DNA of 64,000 nucleotides from Squalus acanthias. Its lineage: Eukaryota. This document shows, piece by piece, positions 12,198 through 24,820 of the stretch. The stretch is from positions 79,422,001-79,486,000 of the forward strand of contig CM059434.1 of assembly GCA_030390025.1 (NCBI GenBank), in the 5' to 3' direction. Position 1 is the first letter of the stretch. Every line of letters starts with the position of its first letter. The notes below the pieces were generated by a model. That model made no database searches. It was not told where the DNA came from and was given only the letters and a program-made list of their open reading frames with translations. Made by a program: the position numbers and the translations under genes.

Positions 12198-13579
12198 GTC
12201 ACCTTCTGCTGTTTCACCGAATTTTATTCATGTGTGAGCGTGGGCAGTGAACCTCAGCAAGCTATATGAACATGAGCAATCAAGCTGAACCCTATGTTCA
12301 CCACACACACTTCTAGTAGACTTCACTAGAAGATGACCCTGGAGGATTGTCCCCCCGCCCCCCCCCCTGCTCAATCCAGGCCAGTTGTACTCTTGCTGCT
12401 GTTCGCTACTGAGACCAACCAATCCAGCATGGAGCAGGGAATGAACCTGGGCTGACAACATTTAGATAGTGTCTTTAATGTGGCAAAAGGACCCAAAGTG
12501 CTTCATTCACGGAGGCGCAATCAAAATATGGACACCAAGTCAAAGTTGTAGATATTAGAAGGGGTGACCGAAAGCTTGGTCAAAGAGGTGGTTCTTAAGG
12601 AGGGTCTTAAAGGAGAAGTGGAGGGATTTCGGGAGGGAATTCCAAAGCATGGGACCTAGGCAGCTGAAGGTACGGGCACCAATGGTGAGTCGAAGGAAAG
12701 CAAGAACCAACAGTGTGTGTATAGCTCAGCTATTTACTCACAGTCAATTGTGCTAATCCACTGTATGTATAATATACTAATATACAAGCTATATGAATCT
12801 CTGCCCAGAAAGAGCTATTAGTAACTGAATATTTAGTGCAGTGTGACTCCCCTTTAAAAGTATTTATGCCTGTCTACAGTTCTTGTGGAAGGAAGTGGAG
12901 ATGACGTATCTGTGATCAACTTACTATCTTCCCACCTCAAGGGAGGTTTGTTCTTAGTGCAAGTGGAATGTTTTGTTTTTCACCATGTAAATTTGTATAT
13001 ATGTTGAATCTCAGTTCGGTATTTTGCATGGGGCTTTGTTATAGAACAATTAGCTCAATACCTATCTGCCGCAAAACGTAAATGCAAAAAGAATTTTTGC
13101 CTTAAACTGCGTCAATGACTGTCTCCATGGGAAGGAACAGTAAGGCCGGCTGAGTTTCAGAACTCCAGTGAGCCGAGGGCACTTTCCACCAGTGATGTTT
13201 ATTGGGCAAACGTACAACTCGATGGCAAGTGCCGTTCAGCCAGTACTTCGTTAGAATTGAGGTGCCATTGCCATTGAGATACATTATGTACATATATATA
13301 TACATACATGGGGGATAGATTATAAAAACCAGGGGCTGAGTGGCCGGGTCCTGCTCCTACTTCTTGTGTTCTTTAGATTTGAGGTGAGGATCAGATCAGC
13401 CATGATCTTATTGAATGGCGGAGCAGGCTCGAAGGGCCGATTGGCCTACTCCTGCTCCTATTTCTTATGTTCTTATGTTCTTATTATGGATCTCCTTCCA
13501 ATGCAACTTTTAGACCTTGTGCACTTGGGCAATTAAATCAGCTTTTTTTTGCTGTCGTATTAGTGCAAATTGAAATGGA

Positions 13580-13820
13580 ATAAAGAATGCATTTATATAA
13601 CGCCTTTCACGACATCAGGGTGTCCATTGGCTGTAAAGACGGGGCCTCGGTTTAACGTCTCATCCAAAAGACGGCACACTCTGACAGTGCAGCGCTCCCT
13701 CAGCACTTCATTGGAGTGTCAGCCTGGATTTTTGTGATCAAGTCCCTGGAGTGGGACTTGAACCCACAACCTTCTAGACTCAGAGGTGAGAGAGGTACCA
13801 CTGAGCCACGGCTGACATCT
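13580..13820 (-). mobile_element. Deu-domain SINE, internally deleted
   Basis: Same head and Deu motif as 4128-4585. Confidence 0.75.
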
Positions 13821-13874
13821 AAGTGCATTTCGGACAAATATAATTGCATCACAATTTTCTTAAGGATATGTAGC

Positions 13875-14465
13875 TAAGGAGCTGGGATACAAAGGGGTGG
13901 AAGTTAAGCTACAGTTATCTAAAGCTCTGGTTAAACCCCACCTGGAGCACTGCATTCAGTTCTGGGCACCGCACCTCAGGAAGGATATATTGGGCTTGGA
14001 GGGGGAGCAGCGCAAATTCACCAGAATGATACTGGGGCTAAAAGGGTTAAATTACGAGGACAGGTTGCACAGACTAGGCTTGTGCTCCCTCAAGTATAGA
14101 AGATTAAGCGGTGATCTAACTGAGGTGTTTAAGACGATCAATGGAGTTGATAAGGTAGAGCGAGAGAGAAACTATTTCCTGTGGTGGGAGAGTCCAGAAC
14201 AATTAGAGCTAGGCCGCTCAGGGGTGAGGTCAGGAAGCATTTCTTCACACAAAGGGTAGTGGAAATCTGGAACTCTCTGCTCCAAAAAGCTGTTGAGGCT
14301 GGGGGTCAATTGAAAATTTCAAAACTGAGATTGGTAGATTTTTGTTAGGCAAGGGTATTAAGGGTTACAGAACCAAGGTGATGGAATTACAGATCCGCCA
14401 TCATCTAATTGAATGGCGGAACAGGCTCGAAGGTTTGACTGGCCTACTCCGGTTCCTAAGTTCCT
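13875..14465 (+). mobile_element. CR1 LINE 3' fragment
   Basis: ALVKPHLEHCIQFWAP motif and CR1 tail. Confidence 0.85.
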
Positions 14466-14796
14466 TTTGCTGTTAATGTCCCAGTTGTGTCTCCGAACAA
14501 TTAACAAGAGTTATGCAATTATTTAAATGGTTTTGATTGATTTATTATTAAGGCTGGAATGCATTGTTTGCATTTGGAATATCACCAGAATGGTCCTGCT
14601 GGTTCTCATCCCACACACCATTTATAGTCATTTTATTTCATTCTCCCTTCATACCATCCTTGAGCTGAATGGGCAACTTGCTGCCAGACCTCTTTTTTGT
14701 TTTGGGACACGAGAAACTAGGAAAAACTCCCCTTCAGAGCTCCCCTCCATGCGAGAACCTTTATCTTCTGGCTAAAAGGTGGAAATTCCAACACTA

Positions 14797-15255
14797 AAGC
14801 TCAGTGGGCAGCACTCTCGTCTCTGAGTCAGAAGGTCGCGGGTTCAAGTCCCACTCCTGAGGCTTGAGCACAAAATCCAGGCTGACACTCCAGGGCAGTG
14901 CTGAGGGAGCGCTGCACAGTCGGAGGCGCCATCTTTCGGGTGAGACGTTAAACCGTCTCCTCTCTCAGGTGGACGTAAAAGATCCCACGGCACTATTTCT
15001 AAGAAGAGCAGGGGGAGTTATCCCCGGCGCGGCGTCCCGGACAATATTCATCCCTCAATCAACATCACTAAAACAGATTATCTGGTCATTATCACATTGC
15101 TGCTTGTGGGAGCTTGCTGTGCATGAATTGGCTGCCGCTTTTCCTACATTACAACAGTGACTACACTTCAAAAGTACGTCAATGGCCGTAAAACGCTTTG
15201 GGACATCCTGAGGTCGTGAAAGGCGCTACGTAAGTGCAAGAACTTTCTTTCTTTT
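14797..15255 (+). mobile_element. Deu-domain SINE, near full length
   Basis: GCTCAGTGG, GGTTCAAGTCC and GAGACGTTAAACCG motifs. Confidence 0.8.
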
Positions 15256-16679
15256 CTAAGGCGATGGCTCTCTCCCTGAAATAAGGTCAGCTGTTGCAAA
15301 AACAACACAGGAGGAAGCAGCAAAGCCACAGCAACAGGATATAGTCTCCCACACCTGTGTATTCCCACCAACCCAGAAGTGCCTGCAGGGGAAGGACTTT
15401 CAACGCCAGTTATTTATCTCCATGTATCCCACAAGTTTCTTTTTAATCTAACAGCTAACTGCTAAGAATGAACCATTGCTCGAGGCCCCCAGCTGACTGA
15501 CACTTGGCAACACTCCCCAGTGATAAATTATTTGCTAACAAGGACAGCCTGACTTCCTTCCATTCATTAGACGAGAGGCGCCTGTTCCATGAGACCGACG
15601 TGTCTCTCACGCATTTGCTGATGCCTTTTTCTGGCGACGTGCTGTTGCCCCTCCAGTGGGCAAGCACAATGAAGGAGAAACCCGGGCCAAGAAACATAAT
15701 CTGGAAACTGGAGAAGCTGCGCTAGACAACCGGCTTTGTGAAGGGGCTTCAAGGGCTTTCCTGTGTTCAGACTGAGCGTAACTTATCTGACAGGACAACA
15801 AATCTCCCAAAGTCATGGGGCTAAAACCAAATCACTCTTTGGGCCCTTCAGCTGAAACGCCGCTGACTTTATTTTGGAGATGAGAATCGTTGATTTATTT
15901 GGGATAAAAACCCAATGCTGTCTCAACTAGGTATGCATGGGCACAGCTGTGGGAAAATCACTTGAGAGATTGTGGTTGCCATGTCGACAAGTCAGAGTCT
16001 ATGAAGCTGCGAGGAGTTAATAGGAACTTCTGTCAGTTCCAGTGACGAATATCACACCAGAACCCTCTTGAACCACTTCAGATACGCAGTAATTCTGGGT
16101 ATTTATCCAGGAGAAAATGGCTTCAATTATGCTTCCCATCAGCCTGCGCTCTACACAGGGGAGCTTGATCATCTGCCATAATGGAGCAGAAAGCACTGGC
16201 GGCTATCGGAAGTGAGTGGATAATCAAGAGTCCCAAATCTCTTTCCAACGGCGTTTTGTTTTAAACTGAAGCAGTTGACCAGGCTGAACTCACGCTGGTC
16301 GTGAGGCATTTGCCCCAAACCGTATTCTACCCCTCCTCCCAAACTGAATTCCATAAAAATTCTGGCAGATAATCAAAGTTCCAATGTCTTGGCAAGTGAG
16401 TTTTAAACGATAGGAATTGTAATGGTGATGGAGTAATCCGTGGTAAATTTAATCATTACTTATGTCAGTGACATTCCATTCTGTCTCTAAGACAATGTTA
16501 TCCTTCCTAATAAGCTGAGTGACTCACAATTTGCTTGGCAATAGGAATATAAAATCAATCAGGGTGATAAGCGTCAAGCAATGCCAATATATGACCTGGT
16601 ACCGACTAGCATCTCCTTCAGTTCCTATCGCACAACAAGTGTTAAAAGGGTTCAAGTATTTGGGAGTCAATGTCACTCT

Positions 16680-17082
16680 GCCTCCAAGAACTCTGCATTC
16701 CTCCAACTCTGGCCTCTCGCACATCCCCACCTCCTTCACCCCACCATTGCCTTCAGCTGCCTAGGCCCCAAGCTCTGGAATTCCCGACCTAAACCTCTCC
16801 GCCTCTCTCTCCTCCTTTAAGATGCTCCTTAAAACCTACATTACAACAGTGACTACACTCCAAAAGTACTTAATTGGCTGTAAAGCGCTTTGAGACGTCT
16901 GGTGGTCGTGAAAGGCGCTATAGAAATGCAAGTCTTTCTTTTTTCTTGGGCCAAGCTTTTGGTCACCTGACATAATGTCTCTTTCTTTGGCTGGCTGTCA
17001 AACTTTGTCTGATTACGCTTCTGTGAAGCACCTTGGGACGCTTTACTACGTCAAAGTCACTATATAAATGCAAGTTGTTGTA
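16680..17082 (+). mobile_element. L2 3' end with a Deu-SINE tail (~16838-16945) inside
   Basis: L2 tail AAATGCAAGTTGTTG; SINE tail matches 4128-4230. Confidence 0.7.
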
Positions 17083-17649
17083 CCAATTGGTCCTGTAATC
17101 TCTAAGTATTATAAAGGAAGACATCTATATACTTACTGGTGTTTGAGTCAGCACTTGTTACTGTCTTTATGCTCAATCGCTCATTGGGACTAGCCTTGGA
17201 CAGACATTTTGCATCAAACTCCCACTGAGGTGACACCTTGAACAAGGACAGTAGATTTGGGTAACGTTTTCAAGATCACATCAGGGAATCCCTCGACACA
17301 GAACATGCTCCCTGGTCATCTGCAATCATCTAATCTAAAACTTAAGGTAAGGAAAGACTGAGACACAGATACAGGTAAGTGTGCCGATATCTTCCTTTGT
17401 AACTTGAAGATCATGAATGAATTCAGTAGAATATGCGTCCCCTTTAAATGAAATACTTCTTTTTTTTACAATTTTAGAACCTTCTCTTTCAGATGTGTTA
17501 CCGCAGTTTCCATCATCTGGCCTTGTCGCTATGAGTGAGAAACTGTGCTATCTCGATGCTCTGTGTGTACCCAAAGGGTTAACAATGATCCCATTTCCAG
17601 GAATGTTTTACTGAACTTAATATATTCTTGTGCTACGTTACTAATTATG

Positions 17650-18365
17650 GAATCATAGAATTTTTCAGCACAGAAGGAGGCCATTCGACCCATTGTGCCT
17701 GTACTGGCTCTCTGAAACCGCTATCCACTCAGTCCCACTCCTCTGCCCCATGGCCTTTTCACGTTGTTCTTTTTCAAATATTTATCAAATTCCCTTTTAA
17801 AAGTTATTATGGATTCTGCTTCCACCACTGTTTCTGGTCGGACATTCCATCCCTGAACAACCCTCTGTGTAAAAAAAAATCTCCTACATTCTCTCCTTGT
17901 TCCTTTGGTGATGTCCTGAAATTCATGCCCTTTCGTTACTGACTCACCAACCTGCGAATATAGGTTTTCCCAATTTACCTTCGCAAAACTCCTCAGAATT
18001 CTGAACACCTCTATCATATCTCCTCTTCATTGTCTCTGTTCTAATAAAAAAAAGCCCTAATTTCTCTAGGCTCTCCTCATAATTAAAGCCTCTCATCCCT
18101 GGCATCATCCCAGTAATTGTCTTCTGCACCCTCTACATGGCCTTGACATCCTTCCTAAAGTAAGGTGCCCAAAACTGGACACAATATTCTAACGGTGACC
18201 TAACCAATGATTTTGTACACTGTGCTCCTATTTATAAAACCTAGCATTCCATTGACTTTTTTTTTGCAGCTTTCTCAACTTGTCCTCCCACTTTTAAACA
18301 TTTGTGTATCTGAGCCCCTAAGTCTCTCTGCTCCTCTACACCATTTAAAGTTTACCCATTTCGTA
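17650..18365 (-). mobile_element. CR1 LINE 3' fragment
   Basis: FFTQRVV and ESLEKLGLF motifs on the minus strand. Confidence 0.85.
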
Positions 18366-18529
18366 TAAATTTCTCAACCCAGGATCTCCGGCTCCTGCTC
18401 CATCACCTTTACTCCTTATGGGAACACATCTGGACTGTGCCATAATCATCTCTTTGAACATTTCCCATTGCTTGCGCACTGTCTTATTTACCGCTGTGTC
18501 TGGGCTAGTTCCTTTTCTATCTCACTGAA

Positions 18530-18817
18530 ATTGACCAAGAAATCCAATAGGGAATTCAGAAGAAACCTCTTTACCCAGAGAGTGGTGAGAATGTGGAACT
18601 CACTACCACAGGGAGTGGTTGAAGCGAATAGTATAGATGCATTTAAGGGGAGGCTAGACAAGCATATGAGGGAGAAGGGAATAGAGGGTTGTGCTGATAG
18701 ATTTAGATGAAGAAAGACGGGAGGAGGCTCGAGTGGAGCATAAACGCCGGCATGGACTGGTTGGGCCGAATGGCCTGTTTCTGGGCTGCATATCCTATGT
18801 AATGTAATCCTATGTAA
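18530..18817 (+). mobile_element. CR1 3' end
   Basis: FRRNLFTQRVVRMWNSLP motif and tail. Confidence 0.85.
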
Positions 18818-19063
18818 ATTGGCTTTTTTTCCCCCAGCTAAGCATCTTTACCATTGGCTGCGGGATTTGGTGCGAGTTAGGATAGGGGCGGCAGAGTTTT
18901 GGATGAGCTCAAGTTTGTGGAGGGTGGGAGATGGGCGTAAACGTATAAAAATATAAATTGCACTAAAATAATCAAAACAAAGCATTTAAGACACAAGGCA
19001 GAGATGATAGTTGGCGGGTACTGGATGCAGGGCTCCAACAAACGGTACGGAGAACAGACCCAC

Positions 19064-19179
19064 CTCAGGTACAAAGGCTTTCTTATTTCTTTCCCAGATT
19101 GGAGGCCAAACAATCATCTCCTGGAGCTGCTGAAATTTCTGAAACCTTTCCAGCCACTTCACGTTCCCCTCGAGGTCAC
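19064..19179 (-). CDS. PLEKHG7: PLEKHG7-like exon (DLEGNVKWLERFQKFQQLQEMIVWPPIWERNKKAFVPE)
   Basis: AG/GT flanks, 116 nt, phase 1 to 0; matches recalled DLEGKVKWL..IVWPPLW. Confidence 0.95.
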
Positions 19180-19657
19180 CTGACACACATGGCCCCAAAA
19201 AAAATCTATTAACGACGGGGATTTTCACATTGAAACAGTTTTGCAAGATCCAGAAAGTACTGGAGCGACTGAATGTTTAGCTTGCCAAAGTTACTTATGA
19301 GGTCTGATTTTAAGTCCCGCCGGAGCAGACGGCAATCCTGAGCGGGAGGACTTGGAATGCCACCAGTCAGCTGATCGGCCACTTCGGGTGGAAAGAGGCA
19401 GCAGGCTGGCGGGGTGGGGGGCGGTGAAGATCGGGCGGCCTGGAGGTCTCTCGCCAGCACCAAGAGAAGGCTGGCGGCAGCACCGTATGTCCGGGGGGGG
19501 GGGGGGGGGGGTGAGGTGTGCTGCGAGACTCTTGTGGCAGCAGAGGCCCGGACTTTCCTTGTGGGGTCTGCAGCAATGTTCCTGCTCCTCCTGGCCCCGC
19601 ACTAACGAATTTATTTTTTTAACTTACCTCAGCAGGTAAAACTGTCGGGAGGGAACA

Positions 19658-20035
19658 TGGGTTGCCAACCTCCAGGATTGTCCTGGAGTCTCCAGGAACT
19701 GAAGATTAATCTCCAGGACACAACCGCGAGCAAACACCCGGGAGAAAAATCACAGGGGGCATTAAACAAAAAATAATTTTCTTTCAACACTTTTGTTTAT
19801 TAGTTACAAAAATGTTTGGAGTTGAGAAAGCAAAGGATGTTTGACTGACAGTCAAGAATCATCCATTCGGGAAATGAAGAGTTTGTTCGTTTTCCAAGGG
19901 GTGTGGGAAGGCGGGGCACTGCAAGGATCGATGTGTTGGCCGACCAATGGCGGGAGAGCGGGGGCAGGGCAGTTGGCGGGAGGAGATCATGTGATGAAAT
20001 CTCCAGGGTTACATCCAGCCAGGGTTGGCAACCCA
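19658..20035. mobile_element. hAT-like MITE nested in a GC-rich, probably Harbinger-like repeat (~19300-20260)
   Basis: TIRs GGGTTGCCAACC...GGTTGGCAACCC. Confidence 0.6.
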
Positions 20036-20928
20036 AGGCGGCCGCCGGTTAAAACGCCATCGGGGTCCCGTATGCACCATGGTACCCTGATTTTTATTTA
20101 CTTACAAGGCCCCCGCCGCAGTCTGGCAGGAGCCTCATTCGGTTCCCCCGCCACCACCCCAAAAAAACCCAGCAGCGTTAAAATGGGCAATTGGTGGGAA
20201 ATGGAGCCGCTCCATTTTAACTGCACCCCCGCTCCTTTCCTGCCAATTGGAGTGGGTTCAACATCATAAGAACATAGGAACTGTGAGACGAAAAGAGACC
20301 AAGGTTGCCTTCTACCATCCTGGTAGTCGCATGAAACAATGATAATGGAGTTGATGACCAATCAGAACAATCAATCTCTATCAATGAGTTTACAACAGAC
20401 CCAGACATGAGGCGAGGAAAACCCCAGTGGTGGAGAGCTTTGGGAACCATAGGTATAAAGTCGCCTGTTCTTCCCAAGCCTGCTACACTCACCGCACGTC
20501 ATGTCTCAAATTACTGATATACTGGACCCAAAATGGTATTTTCTGAACAGAAATCTAATTTGGATTTGAATGAACCAACACTATCAGCTTCCACCATCTC
20601 CCTAGGGTGCCTGTTCCATAGATTGTCCACTCGCTCACTGAAATAATGTTGCCGCAGATCAGTTTTGAATTTACCCCCCCTTCAATCTCAGGCCGTGTCC
20701 TCTGGGTCTACTGTTCTAGCTTGTCACAGTCTACTTTTCAGTTAAGTGATGTCTCCTCTCTATTACAATGTTCAGTAAAACTGAAGCTTTTAAAGAACCA
20801 AAAAGATTATGGATCTCCCTCTGTGGCAAAACTGGCAAGTACTGAGTGAGTCTGGCTCCACTCAGTTAGAAAAACACAGTCACGTCAATTGGAGATGAAA
20901 CCCCCTGCAGTTAGGAGTGTGCACTCAC

Positions 20929-21103
20929 AAATGGAACTGTCCACCTGTTTGATGATCGCTTGGATCCTCTGTTTCTCTGCTGCATCGGTGCTTCTCTTCC
21001 AAATGCTCCTCAGGAGTAGCGGGTACCTCGTGAACCTCTGCAGGGGTGAGACCAGCAGGTCGGACAAGTGCAGTCGCTTGCACTGCTCATTCTGTTCACA
21101 CCA
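20929..21103 (-). CDS. PLEKHG7: PLEKHG7-like exon, DH domain (WCEQNEQCKRL...PLQRFTRYPLLL...)
   Basis: 175 nt, phase 0 to 1, GTGAGT donor; DH CR3 motif PLQRxTRYPLLL. Confidence 0.96.
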
Positions 21104-21409
21104 CTGTCCCGTGCAAATAAAACAGAGGGAAGTGTCTGGAGGAGTAGCATGGCATGACAAGCAAGGCATGTAGAACAGCAAACAATGGGTTATGTGGGAG
21201 TGACTTTGTTACATGTAAAAGAAATATCAAGTCTTCATGACTTGTATCTCCTGCCCTTGGGTCTCGTTCCTGACACTCATTTTTTTAACATTCACAATTA
21301 CAGACGGTACAATGTAGTATTTGCAGACTTGCCCATCTTTTGATGGTTCCGCGGGCTTTTACGCCGGGAGGACGTTTTATTATTCTACTTTTTTTCAATT
21401 CATTCTCAG

Positions 21410-21748
21410 GATGCTGGCAAGGCGGGCATTTATTGCTCAACACCAGCTGCCCTGAGCTTTGATACAATCGAGTAGGTTGCTGGGCCACTTCAGAGGGCAG
21501 TGAAGAATCCAACCACCTCGACTGTGAACAGTCAACCGGGTAAGGAACATTAACTAAAGGGACATTAGTGAACCGGTTGGGTTTTTTAATGACTTTCACG
21601 GTCGCTTTTACTGATCCCAGCATTTTTAAACTGAATTCAAAATCTCAAACTTTGATGGGGGGAATTTCCACTCGCAATCTGTGAATTCTTAGTCTTGGCC
21701 TCTGGATTACTAGTCCAGTAACAGAACCACTACACTCCCGTACTCCCA
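21410..21748 (-). mobile_element. tRNA-derived SINE of the 55317-LINE-related family (another copy at ~22058-22330)
   Basis: GGACATTAGTGAACC body and CTGGATTACTAGTCCAGT head signature. Confidence 0.7.
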
Positions 21749-22394
21749 TCGGCAGTAGGTGGGATAAGGAGTATATATATATATATGTGTGTGTGTGAGT
21801 GGCTGTGGCAAGGCTGGATTTATTGCCCTGAATACAGTGGGGTATAAATGCGTCTCAAGCAGTAGCGCGACACGGGCAAGAGCGAAGAGGCCGCCCATTA
21901 AACTCCACGGCCGATATTCAGCCCCACTGACTTCAACAGAACTGAATATTAAGCGGGGCGTATAACAGACGACAAATGCGATACCATCCGTTCAGCCCCA
22001 CCGCCCATGCTGAATTTCTACCCCTATAATTCCTGTTACGATTGAATGACTGGTCACTTCAGTGGATATTCAGAATCAACCAGTGTGGGACTGGAGTCAC
22101 GTGTATGCCCAGACCGGGTAAGGCTGGCAGCTTCCCTTCCCTGAAGGATATCAGTGAACCAGTTGGGTTTTTAACGACAATCTGCCAAATTTCAAAGATC
22201 ATTTCTCTTTTACCCTTGGTGCCAAATCCACAAATTACACATTTATTGGATTCACAATTTGTCGTGGTGAGATTTGAACTCACGGACCCTTGGGTTGCCA
22301 GTCCAGTACCAGAGCCTTTGCATTACCATACCCTTTGTAAGAGTGTGCCTTTAATGTTCGTACACAATGGGCAATATCAGAATAGGTACCATAC

Positions 22395-22505
22395 TTTAAG
22401 AAAGATTCCAAAGTCCTCCCTCATCTTCAGGTTATTGAGGTAGAGGTTAGCCGAGGAATAATTCAGGCAATACTTCTGGTGACTGCAGCACACACTGTCC
22501 TGAAA
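22395..22505 (-). CDS. PLEKHG7: PLEKHG7-like exon, DH domain (FQDSVCCSHQKYCLNYSSANLYLNNLKMREDFGIFLK)
   Basis: AG/GT flanks, 111 nt, phase 0-0; matches recalled SHQTYCLNYS..DFGIYLK. Confidence 0.93.
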
Positions 22506-22984
22506 CTGATGGAAAATATTTTTGCATTAGAAAAATAATCCTTTCCATTGTAATAAAACAATAAATCTAAAAATATGAAAGCAGTGATCAAATCATAATG
22601 AAACAATACTACTGGTTCTCGGCACCAGGGTCTGAGACATCACTGAAGGGGAATGGATTATGTCTGTACTTTTGTTACCTGTCTCAGCATCAATAATCCC
22701 CGGTCAGGTATAGCACAGGAGGTTTGTAGGGCTGGAGGAGGTTACAGAGGTAGGGAGGGGCGAGGCTATGGAGGGATTTGAAAACAAGGATGAATAATAC
22801 AACAAAATGACTCGTGCTTATGTCAGTTCCAGTGTAAGTCTAGATTTTACAATACTGCACCAGGGTCAATTTTTCCAATTCCTAAAGCAGCCATCCTTAT
22901 GAACTCTCAGAACGAGACTGACTGTACAGTGAATAATTGCAACATTAAAGTCCAAATACATTTGTGTAGAACATTCACAGTTAT

Positions 22985-23575
22985 ATCCCACGGCACTATT
23001 CAAAGAAGAGCAGGGGGAGTTCTCCCCGGTGTCCTGCCCAATATTTATCCCTCAACCAACATCACTAAAACAGATTACCTGGTCATTATCTCATTGCTGT
23101 TTGTGGGAGCTTGCTGTGTGCAAATTGGTTGCCGCGTTTCCAACATTACATTTTAGGGCAACATGGTGGCATAGTGGTTAGCACTGTTGCCTCACAGCAC
23201 CAGGGACCCGGGTTCGAATCTGGCCCCGGGTTCGAATCTGGCCCCGGGTGACTGTCTGTGTGGAGTTTGCACATTGTCTGCGTGGGTTTCCTCCGGGTGC
23301 TCTGGTTTCCTCCCACAGTCCAAAGATGTGCGGGTTAGGTTGATTTGGCTATGATAAATTGACCCTTAGTGTTAGGGGGATTAAATACGTGGGGTTACGG
23401 GGATAGGGTGGGATATGTGTCGGTGCAGGCGCGATGGGCCGAAATGGCCTCTATCTGCACTGTGGGGATTCTGTGATTACAACAGTGACTACACTTCAAA
23501 AAGTACTTCATTGGCTGTGAAGCACTTTGAGACTTCCGGAGGTTGTGAAAGGTGCTATATAAATGTAATTAATTT
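22985..23575 (+). mobile_element. Deu-SINE 3' half with a V-SINE (~23156-23477) inserted
   Basis: ATTACA on both sides of the V-SINE; Deu-SINE sequence resumes at ACAGTGACTACAC; V-SINE has a 20-bp B-box duplication. Confidence 0.8.
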
Positions 23576-23646
23576 TTTTTTGCCACACAAGGTATGGAAC
23601 AACCCGGTATCTCAGCTCCCCTGACGGCTCCATTAGTAAATACAAT

Positions 23647-23790
23647 GGGGGTAATTTTGACTTTGGGCGATAGTGTAAATCGGACTTCCACGGCGGTCAG
23701 TGGAAGTGGAAATCAGGAGAGATGTAAAATGGGCTGCCGATTCGTCATTGCCCGCTTTACACCATCGCACAAAGCCACAATCTACCCCCC
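23647..23790. mobile_element. Short Harbinger-like MITE
   Basis: GGGGGTAATTTT...AATCTACCCCCC ends, similar to 11104-11238. Confidence 0.5.
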
Positions 23791-24190
23791 AATGTGTTGC
23801 TGAGCTATAAGCAGAAGATCCCAGGTCTGATTCCCAACCTGTTCTGAGTTCGCTGATCTTAGCCAAGTGGCATTAAGGGTGCTACAATTGGCTCGACAGC
23901 CCTAGGAGTGAAAAACCAGCCAGGCCTCCTGCTGCTGATTGCTATGCAGTGACCTTTCATGGTGTAAGGACCTGGGAACTGTTTGGTAACAGTCTGAAGA
24001 CCAAGTGCCTGAACTCCAGTGTTATATAGAACAGGGAACACTGGGTACGAGGAAGCTAAAGGCCGTAACACAACAATTGTTCAAGATTTATTACTTCGCA
24101 TTTCGGAGCTGGGTCGTTGCGTTACTTCCTCTTATTTATGTATCACTCGACATTAAAAGTCCTATATGGAAAATATTTAGTAGCAAGTAC

Positions 24191-24274
24191 CTTTGACAGC
24201 ACAGCAATGAGAGATGATAGCTTCCAAGAGCTCTGAATTGCATCCAGGAGACTGGTCAAGAAGTCCAAACTCAC
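24191..24274 (-). CDS. PLEKHG7: PLEKHG7-like exon, DH domain (VSLDFLTSLLDAIQSSWKLSSLIAVLSK)
   Basis: AG/GT flanks, 84 nt, phase 0-0; similar to recalled TSLGFVNSL...ISVLTK. Confidence 0.85.
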
Positions 24275-24569
24275 CTAATATGACCAAACAATGCACAGGA
24301 TTATGTCTATTGAAGTGTAAGACACATAACATGTTGTACTGTAGATGCTCACAACACAACTTGTGCCCCATTCAAAACGTAAATCCTACTTAAACTATTT
24401 TTGTAGAGTGAATCATGAGCACCATTAAGCAATGGCATCACAGCAACCTCTGTACTATTTACATTCGGCTTCAATGAGGTAAGTTTCTGGATGCACCATG
24501 GGTATCTTACTCACAATGGGACAACTCAACAACAACGTGTATTTATATAGCACCTTTAATGTAGAGAAA

Positions 24570-24820
24570 AACCCAACTGGTTCACACTAATGGCCTTCAG
24601 GGAAGGAAACCTGCCGTCCTTACCCAGTCTGGCCTGTATGCGGCTATAATCCCACACCAATGGGGCTGACTCTTAACGGCCCTCTGAAATGGCCTAGCAA
24701 GCCACTCAGTTGTAACAAACCGCTACCAACGGTTCAAGGAGAAGGCCCACCACCACCACCTTCTCAGGGCAACTAGGGATGGGCAATAAATGCTGGCCTT
24801 GCCAGCGACGCCCACATCCC
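24570..24820 (+). mobile_element. SINE (55317-LINE body joined to its tail), interrupted at its 3' end by a solo LTR
   Basis: Matches 55500-55657 and then 58501-58590; resumes as TCCCGAGAATGAAT after 26056. Confidence 0.85.
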
